From Leptolyngbyaceae cyanobacterium (GTDB lineage Bacteria; Cyanobacteriota; Cyanobacteriia; Phormidesmidales; Phormidesmidaceae), in the NCBI GenBank assembly GCA_965263355.1, contig CBDHHL010000032.1, positions 1,568,001 to 1,632,000 on the forward strand: DNA of 64,000 nt, in the 5' to 3' direction. A program made the position numbers and the translations under genes. Below the pieces are notes generated by a model. It was given only the letters and a program-made list of their open reading frames with translations. It was not told where the DNA came from and searched no databases. Position 1 is the stretch's first letter. Every line of letters begins with the position of its first letter. This document shows positions 50,877-59,174 of the stretch, one piece after another.

Positions 50877-53870
50877 CTATCCCGATAACCTCACCTGAGA
50901 CCCCATCTCTGTTTTTGTGACATCTATATGGGTCTGAAACGCTTCTCGAAAATGGGGCATATGGGTTACGGTCAGAATACAGGCAAAATCGGGTGCGATC
51001 GCATTAATCGCTGCTACCAGTCGATCACAGCCTGCCTGATCTTGGGTACCAAATCCCTCATCAATAATCAGCATCTGGAGCGCCATGCCAGATCGTTGGG
51101 CCAAAAGCCGTGCCAGTGCTAAACGGATAGCAAAGTTTACCCGAAAAGCTTCACCACCGGAATAGGTTTCATAGGCCCTGGTACCCTGGGTATCGGCAAT
51201 TAAAATATCCAGAGTATCAATCAGTTTCTTGCGTCCCGAGCGCTGGCTAGCACGCTGGGTAACAAACTGCACATGGAGCTGATGGGCGCTGAGGCGACCT
51301 AAAATCTGGTTAGTTTCCGCCTCTAGCTGAGGCAGTAAATTTTCAATCATCAGCGCTTGAATACCGTTTTTGCCAAATGCCTGTTGCAGTGCCTGATAGA
51401 CCTTAAGCTGGTGCTGATGGTTATGAAGTTGCTGTCGTTGTTGATCTACCTGTTGTTGCAATGTGTCTAGCTGCTGTAATTGTTGCTCTAAACGTCCCAG
51501 TTGACTAATTTGTTGTTCACGTTGGGTTTGTAACTCGGTGATAGTAACCTCTAGCTGCTGAATTTGGTCGGTGACATCAGGCAGTAAAGCGGCCTCAGTC
51601 TCAGCTATCTGTTGCTTTAGATGGGTGTATTGTTCCTGTTGTTGCACCTGAATATTGACCAATGCATCTCGTCGCTGTGCTAATTCAGGCAACATTGCCC
51701 GTGCCTGCTGTAAGGTTTGGTACCGCAACTGCCAGGGCTTTAAGGCCTGTATTTGTGTACGCAACTTTTGGTGATAGTCAGGGCAGTAGTCAAGTTCAGT
51801 CAACGTCGCCTCCACTTGCAATAATTCTGGGGGAGGTTCTTGGTCTAACTTTTGGAGCTGCGATCGCAATTCCTCTACCTGTTTTTCTAATCCAGGTCGT
51901 TCTGCCAAATGCTGCTTTAATTTATTGCCTGCCTGGGTGAGTTCTGCCTGCTTAAACTCAGCCCAGCGTAGTTTTTCTACCTGATTACGAATCAGAGCAT
52001 GATCGCGCTCGTCATAATCTAGGGCAATGAGTTTTTGTTCTAACTGCTTATATTCCTGCTGTAGCTCAACGGCATAGTTTTCTGAATCTAAACACTGTTC
52101 TAAATGTCGTTGTTCCTGGGTGAGCGCTTCTAACTGGGTAGCGACCTCTGTCGCAGAGGTCAGCTGCGCCTTAAGTGCTCCCTGTTCCTGAAGTATGGTA
52201 TTGTAACTTCCCAATTCCGTCTCTAATTCTCGATATTCGCGCCGCAGCACCTGAATTTCTCGCTCAGAAGTGGTCAACTGCTCACGAATCACCCAAATTC
52301 GCTGTTCTAACTGGTCTCGCCGCTGTTGCAGCTGCGCCTTGACCTGAGGACCGTGCTCTACCAAAGGCCGTTCACATAGAGGACAGCTAGGCTCTGGTTG
52401 GTTAAGTAGCATGAGTTGTTGATCCACCTGCATTAGCTGTTGTTCAGTTTGGCGCTGCTCAGTTTGCAGTTGAGCCATAAAGTCTCGTCGTTCCTGTCCC
52501 TTTTGCCGAACCTGGGCTTGATAGGCCCGGCGCTGTTCTAAATAGGTGAGTTGATGCTGAATCTGAGCTAGGGTTTCATGCAGTTCCGGTCGCTGTTGGT
52601 TGGTGAGGGTGCTTTGGGTTTGGTTAATGGCTTCCAAACGAGCTTCTAAGCGAGCTGACGCCTGTTTTAACCGCGTATATACTTGCTGCCGACGTTGCTG
52701 CAGTGGAGCCACATCAACCTGGCGCTGATCCAGGGTGCGTAACTGTTGGCGAGCAGCCTGCAGTTGCTTTAAGTTAGTGTTGACAGTTTCCCTGTGACTG
52801 AGGCTCTGCTGAAGTTCAGCAATAGCGTCGTCTAGGGTATCTAATTTAAGCTGTATCTGGCTAACGGTGCTTTGCAGTGCTGCCTGTTTTTGTTGATGTT
52901 GGGCTTGGAGTTGTATCTTTTGGGTCTGGAGCTGCTGAAATCGTTGAAATCGTTGAGCATAGTCCTCTTCCAAATGTTGCAATGTTTGCAGCTCTGCGTA
53001 GCTCGCTTCAATCTCGGTGACAGCGGCTAACTCAGCTTGAAGAGACTGATAATGCTGTTCGATGTTTTCCAACTCCGACTGCCGCTGGGTCTGACTTTGG
53101 TGTAAATAATCAAGCTGTTGTCGCTGGGTTTCGATGGATTGTTGCTGCTGTTGTCGTTGCTGTTGCTGCTGTTGCAGTTGATTTCGCTGGGTTTGACTGG
53201 TTTGTTGTGTTTTCCGTGTCTGGGCAGCATTTTGCTGTAGATTTTGATAGTGGATTGCGATCGCACTGCGCTCCGTCAGTTTTGCTTCGGCCTCAGCCAA
53301 TGTCGCGTTTAAGATTTTGACCGCAGCCTGATAATCACGCCCACGTTCCCGAGCCTTTTCAGCTAAATGATCATATTGGTTGAGCTTGAGCAAATCAGCC
53401 AGTATTTGTTTCCGCTCCCCAGGGCGTTTTAACATAAACTCATCCGCTCGCCCCTGGCGCAGATAGGCTGAGTGAATAAATGTTTCGTAGTCGACCTTTA
53501 AATGCTGCAGAATTAACTGCTGGGTTGCCCGTACGCCTTTTTGGGTAAGGCTCCGAAATCCATGGTCAGTCTGGAGCTGAAACTCCAACCAGCAACCCTG
53601 CTGCTGACGACGCCCCCGGACAATCCGATAAACCTGACCTTGATTTTCAAAGATAAACTCTACCTTCGCCTCTTTGGCACCCAGATGAATCACATCATCA
53701 TCGGTAGCTACACGGCTGTGCCCCCAGACCACCCAAGCCATGGCTTCTAAAAGTGAGGACTTGCCGGCACCATTCGGTCCACAGATACAAGCGACATGTA
53801 ACCCAGCAAAATCGAGACTGACTTCTCGATAGCTCAAAAAATTAATTAGGGTTAGTCGCTTTGGAATCAT
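50877..53870 (-). CDS. sbcC: SbcC/Rad50-like SMC ATPase
   Basis: NFLSY, GPNGAGKSS, long coiled coils, CPLC zinc hook, YSGGEAFR, IIDEGFGTQD, TVTH. Confidence 0.93.
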   Translation of the reverse strand: MIPKRLTLINFLSYREVSLDFAGLHVACICGPNGAGKSSLLEAMAWVVWGHSRVATDDDVIHLGAKEAKVEFIFENQGQVYRIVRGRRQQQGCWLEFQLQTDHGFRSLTQKGVRATQQLILQHLKVDYETFIHSAYLRQGRADEFMLKRPGERKQILADLLKLNQYDHLAEKARERGRDYQAAVKILNATLAEAEAKLTERSAIAIHYQNLQQNAAQTRKTQQTSQTQRNQLQQQQQQRQQQQQSIETQRQQLDYLHQSQTQRQSELENIEQHYQSLQAELAAVTEIEASYAELQTLQHLEEDYAQRFQRFQQLQTQKIQLQAQHQQKQAALQSTVSQIQLKLDTLDDAIAELQQSLSHRETVNTNLKQLQAARQQLRTLDQRQVDVAPLQQRRQQVYTRLKQASARLEARLEAINQTQSTLTNQQRPELHETLAQIQHQLTYLEQRRAYQAQVRQKGQERRDFMAQLQTEQRQTEQQLMQVDQQLMLLNQPEPSCPLCERPLVEHGPQVKAQLQQRRDQLEQRIWVIREQLTTSEREIQVLRREYRELETELGSYNTILQEQGALKAQLTSATEVATQLEALTQEQRHLEQCLDSENYAVELQQEYKQLEQKLIALDYDERDHALIRNQVEKLRWAEFKQAELTQAGNKLKQHLAERPGLEKQVEELRSQLQKLDQEPPPELLQVEATLTELDYCPDYHQKLRTQIQALKPWQLRYQTLQQARAMLPELAQRRDALVNIQVQQQEQYTHLKQQIAETEAALLPDVTDQIQQLEVTITELQTQREQQISQLGRLEQQLQQLDTLQQQVDQQRQQLHNHQHQLKVYQALQQAFGKNGIQALMIENLLPQLEAETNQILGRLSAHQLHVQFVTQRASQRSGRKKLIDTLDILIADTQGTRAYETYSGGEAFRVNFAIRLALARLLAQRSGMALQMLIIDEGFGTQDQAGCDRLVAAINAIAPDFACILTVTHMPHFREAFQTHIDVTKTEMGSQVRLSG

Positions 53871-53903
53871 CACATAGCTGATCAGCCTATGCCTACCATA
53901 GCA

Positions 53904-53933
53904 AGTACATACGATCTTTAGTACTCGTGATCT
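53904..53933. promoter_or_regulatory. two tandem LexA-box-like sites upstream of sbcC
   Basis: AGTAC-ATA-CGATCT and AGTAC-TCG-TGATCT, compared with the cyanobacterial consensus RGTACNNNDGTWCB. Confidence 0.5.
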
Positions 53934-54163
53934 GATTTTTAAATAACTAGCGATCCCATCGATCTGGTTTACTTATACGGTGCCGTAAATTCCAGTTTTA
54001 TCCTTAAGGGAGATAATTTCTGGGCTCAATCCGCCTTATCTTGTACCTAAGTCCGTCAAATGAACTAAGTGATTCATTTTTGACTAAGTGTGTAGAAAAC
54101 TTCATCTATCCTTAATCATGGGCTTGTAATTTTTTCACTGGCAGATTAAAGGAGGCTGAAACC

Positions 54164-54556
54164 ATGGAAACTGGCATAGTTACGGAGCTCAAGGTGCACA
54201 GTCGCGATAATTGTTATCGCCTGAGTCCTGACCAGATGAACGCAATTCAGAACAAGGGGGTTTCGGTCACAATGACACCGGGTATCAACGTTGTTAAACT
54301 GCTTGAGACCGAGGTCCCCTATACTACCGGCATTGGTGCTCAGGCAGATCCCTGGATTTTGCTGTGGATTTATGGCGGCAGGTTTGTCAACAGGCAAACC
54401 AATGTGGAAGTTGTCGCTACTTGGACCTCACTCAACGGTTACCATGATTCCTTAACATTTGATGTGGTTGAACCGACAACACTTTGTGCTTTTTTGTTCG
54501 ATACCAATACCGGTAATCACAGCGGTGAGTTAACCCTATCTGTAACCACACTTTAA
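54164..54556 (+). CDS. hypothetical beta-rich protein, paralogous to the C-terminal domain of 54755..57829
   Basis: Strong AAGGAGG RBS; shares KVHSR.N, TPGI, LLWI.GG, TWT.LNGY.D.L..DV.EP..LCAF..DT. Confidence 0.85.
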   Translation: METGIVTELKVHSRDNCYRLSPDQMNAIQNKGVSVTMTPGINVVKLLETEVPYTTGIGAQADPWILLWIYGGRFVNRQTNVEVVATWTSLNGYHDSLTFDVVEPTTLCAFLFDTNTGNHSGELTLSVTTL

Positions 54557-54754
54557 TGTACGTGGTCATGCTTAATCCGTTGCGAATTGCCATTTGCACG
54601 ACCTTTAGATGCCCTGCTAAGTCAAAGTCACGAAGCCTTAACGAGAACTCCGTAATGAGATTTGGACAGCGAGAGCGATCTCCCCTACTTGGATAGCCAC
54701 TCTTTGCTATCCCATTTCTAGTCTCTGTTTTTTATTTACTTTGGACTCAGAACC

Positions 54755-57700
54755 GTGTATCGAAAAATGTCTTTGGTTAAGTTCGTTGCTATTTTAGCCA
54801 CAGCAACAGTCTCTCAATTTTATGCTGAGGCCCTTTATCGGCAAACTGTCGTTGCTCAATCCTTTGGCGAGACTCCTGAATCCTTTCCTGTTCCTGATTC
54901 TTTGCCAGACGGTACAACGCTCAAGCTGGATGGTTCTACCAGTATGCGGCTTACCAATGAAACCCTTGAGCAACGATTTGAAGCACAGTTTCCCAATATA
55001 GATGTTGAACTTAGTGCCAGTCGCACGGATAAAGCGTTTGAAGCATTGATTAATGGTGATATCGATGTTCTTTCTACGGGACGCCCTTTGACTGATGCAG
55101 AAAAAGCTCAAGGTGTTGTCGAGGTGCCTCTGGAACAGCGGGAAAAGCTAGCCATCATTCTGGGGCCAGACAACACATTTGAAGGGGATCTTACATTTGA
55201 ACAATTTGCCGGTATTTTTCGGGGCGAAATTACTAATTGGTCTGAAATAGGTGGTCCTAATCTTCCTATTCGGCTAGTGGATCGTCCTGACTACAGCGAT
55301 ACTCGACGCGCTTTAAGTACCTACACTGTATTTGAAGGCAAACCGTTTGAGACAGGTGCGACAGCTGATCCTGTAGACGATGATGAAACAGACACTGTTG
55401 TTAAAGCCCTAGGTAACGACGGCATTGGCTATTCAGTTGTTTCCCAGGTAATTGATCGGGATGATGTCCGCATTATTCCAATGCATCAAACGTTGCCCGA
55501 CGATCCTCGTTACCCCTATTCCCAATACCGTGCCTTTGCTTATAAGCAAGGGACTGGGCCAGCTGCTTTAGCCTTTATGGGATTTGCTACCACAGAGCCT
55601 GGAAAGGAAGTTTTTGAGTCAGAGCCAGCAGTAGTAGATAGTCCTACAGCTGCAGATACTCCCACTCCAACGGATACAGCGGCTACCCCTGCTCCGGCCC
55701 CTGAACCTGAAGCACCACCAGCCCCCGAAGCGACCGCTGCACCAGCCGCTGGTGCACCAGCCGCTGATCGAGGTGGATTTCCACTATGGCTTTTACCGCT
55801 GTTGGCAATTCCATTACTGGGGGGGCTGCTGTGGTGGTTGCTCAAGGGTAGCAATGCTGCTGCACCAGCGACGGCAACAACTGCAGCAGTTGCTGGTGGG
55901 GCGGCTACGGTTCCCATGCAGCCACGTCTGGTGCTTGTTCCCCGAGACTGTCGGCATGCCTATGCCTATTGGGAAATTCCCAAAGAATGCTTAACCGAAA
56001 CTAAGCGTCAGGGCGGGGAAACGATGATGATACGTCTTTATGAAGTTACTGGACGCAGCAAAAATTCTCCCTTGCCCCCCCATGCAGCTGAGTTCCCTTG
56101 TCTAGAGGCAAATCCCGATCTCCATTTGCCAATTACTGTAGATGATCGCAGCTACTGTGCAGAGGTCGGATATCTAGGTAAGGACAAGCAGTGGCTACCC
56201 ATTGTTAAATCAGATCCAGTCCGAGTGCCCATATGTCCTAAAGATGAAACCCCGTCTGATACTGTCCCAGCGGCATCTGTGCCAGCAACGAGTGTTAATA
56301 AGCCAGCTGCTGGAGTAAGGGATTTAGGGGGAGCCGTCCTGGGAGGTGCGGCATTGGCGGGAGGCGCAGCTTTAGGCGCAACCAAATTGGCAGACGGTAA
56401 AGCCAAAACTCCAACAGGCATAGGGCGTATGATATTGACTCCCCGTAACGCTCAAGACGTCTATGCCTATTGGGAGATTCCTCAGCAGCGTTTCACGGAT
56501 ACCAAGCTGCAGGGGGGGGAAACTATGGTGGCAAAGCTTTACGACATAACTGATAGGCCTGCTGCTGTCGGCTTGCCTGAGCCGATTGCCCAGTTAGAGT
56601 GCACAGAAGCGGATATGGATGCCCACTTCCCCATCACCTCGGAGCGGGACTATGTTGCTGAATTAGGTTATCAGACGACGTCTGGGAACTGGTTACCCCT
56701 TGCCCAGTCAAACTCGGTACGAGTCCCTGCTGACATTGCTGATATTGACTCAGGGAGGGTTGTTAACACACTTCCAGATGCTGCTGGCGCTGCGGCTGTT
56801 GTTGCTGCCACTGCGGCTATGGGGACTAGTGCTCTTACTGTTGAAGAGACAAGTACATCTGAAAAGGCAAGTACATCTGAGGCAAAAAGTACGTCATCGA
56901 CAGTTACTCAAAGTCGTATTGTAATGACTCCTCAAACTGCTCAGAGGGCCTATGTTTATTGGGAAGTGCCTGAAACAGCTAAATCGGCCCTTAAAGTTGA
57001 AGGTGGTCAAGTTTATCAACTGCGGATGCATGATGTGACTGACATTGAGCTTGATCAACAGTCACCTAACAGTACGCTTACCTATGATTTATTAGAGACA
57101 GACTGCGATCGCACCGTTCCCATACCCAACGATCAAAATGACTATGTTGCGGAGGTAGGGTATCAAACCTTATCTGGTGACTGGTTGACCTTAGCTCGGT
57201 CCAAATCGCTCAATCCCGCCCAGAGTTTAGCCAAATCTTTGGATGCTAAGAACTTAGCAGATAGGATATCCAAGTCATCTCTAGCGTCTTCGGGAATGGC
57301 AATGGGTGCTGCTGGGGTTGCTGCCATTGGAGGTCTAGCCGCTACTGCACATGAAGATCAGTCGTCCAGCAGCCAGCTGTCTGAATCTAATATAACTGTT
57401 GAAAACGGCACTGACACCGTCCATGCAGACTCTACAGCGTCAGGGACTACGCAAATTGTTAAAGTCCATAGTCGCAACAATGCGGTTGTGTTTGATGAAG
57501 CCCAACGACATCATATTGAATACGATGTTGCAAGTACATATCAGCTAACTCCAGGGATATACACACTGCGTCTTCGGGATGGAGTATTTAACTATGATGC
57601 CGACGATAATCACCCTGGAGAACCATTTGTACTGTTATGGATTCATGGTGGTACTATCATCAACCAAAAAACTGGAGTTCCGATCAGTTCAACCTGGACC

Positions 57701-57829
57701 ACATTGAATGGCTATGACGATACGCTAATTCTAGATGTGAGAGAACCAGCAAAACTCTGTGCCTTTTTTGTTGATACCTATCCAGATGACAATTTAGGAG
57801 AAGTGATCCTTTCTGTTATTAAGCAGTAG
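54755..57829 (+). CDS. PstS-like substrate-binding domain + TM + three DUF4912-like repeats + C-terminal beta domain
   Basis: LDGSTSM, IF.GEITNWSEIGG, GIGY (PBP); TM FPLWLLPLLAIPLLGGLLWWLL; three copies of R..L.P......AY.YWE.P...Y.AE.GY....WL...S. Confidence 0.85.
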   Translation: MYRKMSLVKFVAILATATVSQFYAEALYRQTVVAQSFGETPESFPVPDSLPDGTTLKLDGSTSMRLTNETLEQRFEAQFPNIDVELSASRTDKAFEALINGDIDVLSTGRPLTDAEKAQGVVEVPLEQREKLAIILGPDNTFEGDLTFEQFAGIFRGEITNWSEIGGPNLPIRLVDRPDYSDTRRALSTYTVFEGKPFETGATADPVDDDETDTVVKALGNDGIGYSVVSQVIDRDDVRIIPMHQTLPDDPRYPYSQYRAFAYKQGTGPAALAFMGFATTEPGKEVFESEPAVVDSPTAADTPTPTDTAATPAPAPEPEAPPAPEATAAPAAGAPAADRGGFPLWLLPLLAIPLLGGLLWWLLKGSNAAAPATATTAAVAGGAATVPMQPRLVLVPRDCRHAYAYWEIPKECLTETKRQGGETMMIRLYEVTGRSKNSPLPPHAAEFPCLEANPDLHLPITVDDRSYCAEVGYLGKDKQWLPIVKSDPVRVPICPKDETPSDTVPAASVPATSVNKPAAGVRDLGGAVLGGAALAGGAALGATKLADGKAKTPTGIGRMILTPRNAQDVYAYWEIPQQRFTDTKLQGGETMVAKLYDITDRPAAVGLPEPIAQLECTEADMDAHFPITSERDYVAELGYQTTSGNWLPLAQSNSVRVPADIADIDSGRVVNTLPDAAGAAAVVAATAAMGTSALTVEETSTSEKASTSEAKSTSSTVTQSRIVMTPQTAQRAYVYWEVPETAKSALKVEGGQVYQLRMHDVTDIELDQQSPNSTLTYDLLETDCDRTVPIPNDQNDYVAEVGYQTLSGDWLTLARSKSLNPAQSLAKSLDAKNLADRISKSSLASSGMAMGAAGVAAIGGLAATAHEDQSSSSQLSESNITVENGTDTVHADSTASGTTQIVKVHSRNNAVVFDEAQRHHIEYDVASTYQLTPGIYTLRLRDGVFNYDADDNHPGEPFVLLWIHGGTIINQKTGVPISSTWTTLNGYDDTLILDVREPAKLCAFFVDTYPDDNLGEVILSVIKQ

Positions 57830-57905
57830 ATTCGGACGGCTGGTCTTATTGTTTTCGCACCCTTAATTTTTAGTTTTACATCGGTTCTTTTTGGAGAGTT
57901 AATCA

Positions 57906-58418
57906 ATGTTTTTTGAAGTCTTAAGTGCCATTAATGATCCCAACCAGCAAGCCAACATTAGTCAGTTGGACCAGGTGACTAAATCAGTGCAAAAATTAGC
58001 CAATAGTCAAGGGGTTAATCCGACTCAAATGCAGTCAATGATGACTGCTTTGGGAGGAGCCCTTCAACCTGTGCTCAAAGAAAAACAGTCTCAGCTGGGG
58101 GTTGGGCAGTTAACCTCCATGCTAGGGCAAGCTAACGATACCTCAGTGTTGACATCGCTTATTTCTTCACAGCTGCAACAACAACTTGCCCAGACAATTG
58201 CCCAAAAAACAGGTATGCAAGCTTCTATTGCACAAGCAATATTGCCTCAGTTATTACCAGTAGTCATGAACCTGTTTAATATGGGCTCCCCTAAACCGGG
58301 TAGCGTAGGTGAAACAAATTCATTGCTCAGTGCTTTTTTAGATGGCAATCGTGCCAGTAATACCGATTTGGGTAATGTAATGAAGTTTGCAAGTCGTTTT
58401 TTGAATACGCCCAGTTAA
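57906..58418 (+). CDS. DUF937-like helical protein
   Basis: MFFEVLSAINDPNQQ N-terminus, IAQKTG, LP.LLP.V, L.AFLD...DLG..MKFA.RFL. Confidence 0.7.
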   Translation: MFFEVLSAINDPNQQANISQLDQVTKSVQKLANSQGVNPTQMQSMMTALGGALQPVLKEKQSQLGVGQLTSMLGQANDTSVLTSLISSQLQQQLAQTIAQKTGMQASIAQAILPQLLPVVMNLFNMGSPKPGSVGETNSLLSAFLDGNRASNTDLGNVMKFASRFLNTPS

Positions 58419-58487
58419 ACCTTATCCATGTCCAGGACAGTCGTTTCTGCGTAGAAGAACCTACAGGTTTTACTTGGATATAGTTTA
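58416..58487 (+). repeat. 72-bp element, copy C (its TAA is the DUF937-like gene stop codon)
   Basis: TAAACCTTATCCATGTCCAGGACAGTCG...GTAGAAGAACCTACAGGTTTTACTTGGATATAGTTTA. Confidence 0.85.
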
Positions 58488-58548
58488 GAAGCGTTTTGTC
58501 AACCCCTACACCAAAACTCTCGTTCTAGTTGGGTCGAGAGTGAATATT

Positions 58549-58594
58549 ATCAAATGCCTGCAAGCAAGTTTTATTTTGTTTGCAGGCATTTGAT
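58549..58594 (+). terminator. strong hairpin, probable terminator
   Basis: ATCAAATGCCTGCAA ... TTGCAGGCATTTGAT (15-bp perfect stem). Confidence 0.7.
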
Positions 58595-59174
58595 TTATAA
58601 GCTTGCGTCCATAGCTCTCACCCCATTGGTACCCCCTAAAAGCGAATTTAGTCTCAGATAGCTTTATGAAAGCTTGTTTGAACTAAGAAACCTATATGTT
58701 TTTTTGCCGTCCTATAGATCTGAGACGTTCATTTCTAAGAAAGAGGTCTGCATCATTCAAAAGGCATTGGGGCACATTTAAACTGAGTACTTTACATATT
58801 TACGGAAACATATATAGTGTTTTAACTGTCTCACAAACCTGAATTGACACTAATCTTAGTTGTCTCATCCGTTCAAATACATCAACTTAAATAAATCAAA
58901 TTAATTGTCAATGGTGTCTAAGGTAAGTTATTTCTCCTTTTTCTAAAACTTATTCCCTAGGAGCTATGAAATATTTACTCGCAGGGGATCGGCGATTTAA
59001 CTGAATTTGGTGTTTATATCCTGGTGCTTGCCGTCTAGATGGTAAACGTTATTTATTAAATGTTAGCCAAACGTTCATTTCAGTCTTCAGTTATTCAGTC
59101 TCTTGCTTCTGTGGTTATAAATTTTATGCCCAGAAGGTTTTTGGTTTGCCCCAGGGCACATACACCGTGATCCT

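Noticed and set aside
50877..53870. sbcC without adjacent sbcD, read as a defence SMC system
   Set aside because: It has canonical Rad50/SbcC motifs and no neighbouring defence genes; unlinked sbcD is common in cyanobacteria.
18473..56421. Numerous 60-145 aa ORFs overlapping long genes (e.g. 18473, 30931, 37834, 46571, 55540, 56152)
   Set aside because: Wholly or largely nested in or antisense to well-supported CDSs, with no independent motifs.
3792..58487. CRISPR interpretation of the repeated sequences
   Set aside because: The copies are dispersed kilobases apart, there is no repeat-spacer array, and no cas genes are present.
58967..59005. 12-codon ORF MKYLLAGDRRFN with a GGAG RBS upstream of the PCAT, as a cargo peptide
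   Set aside because: Too short and has no double-glycine leader.
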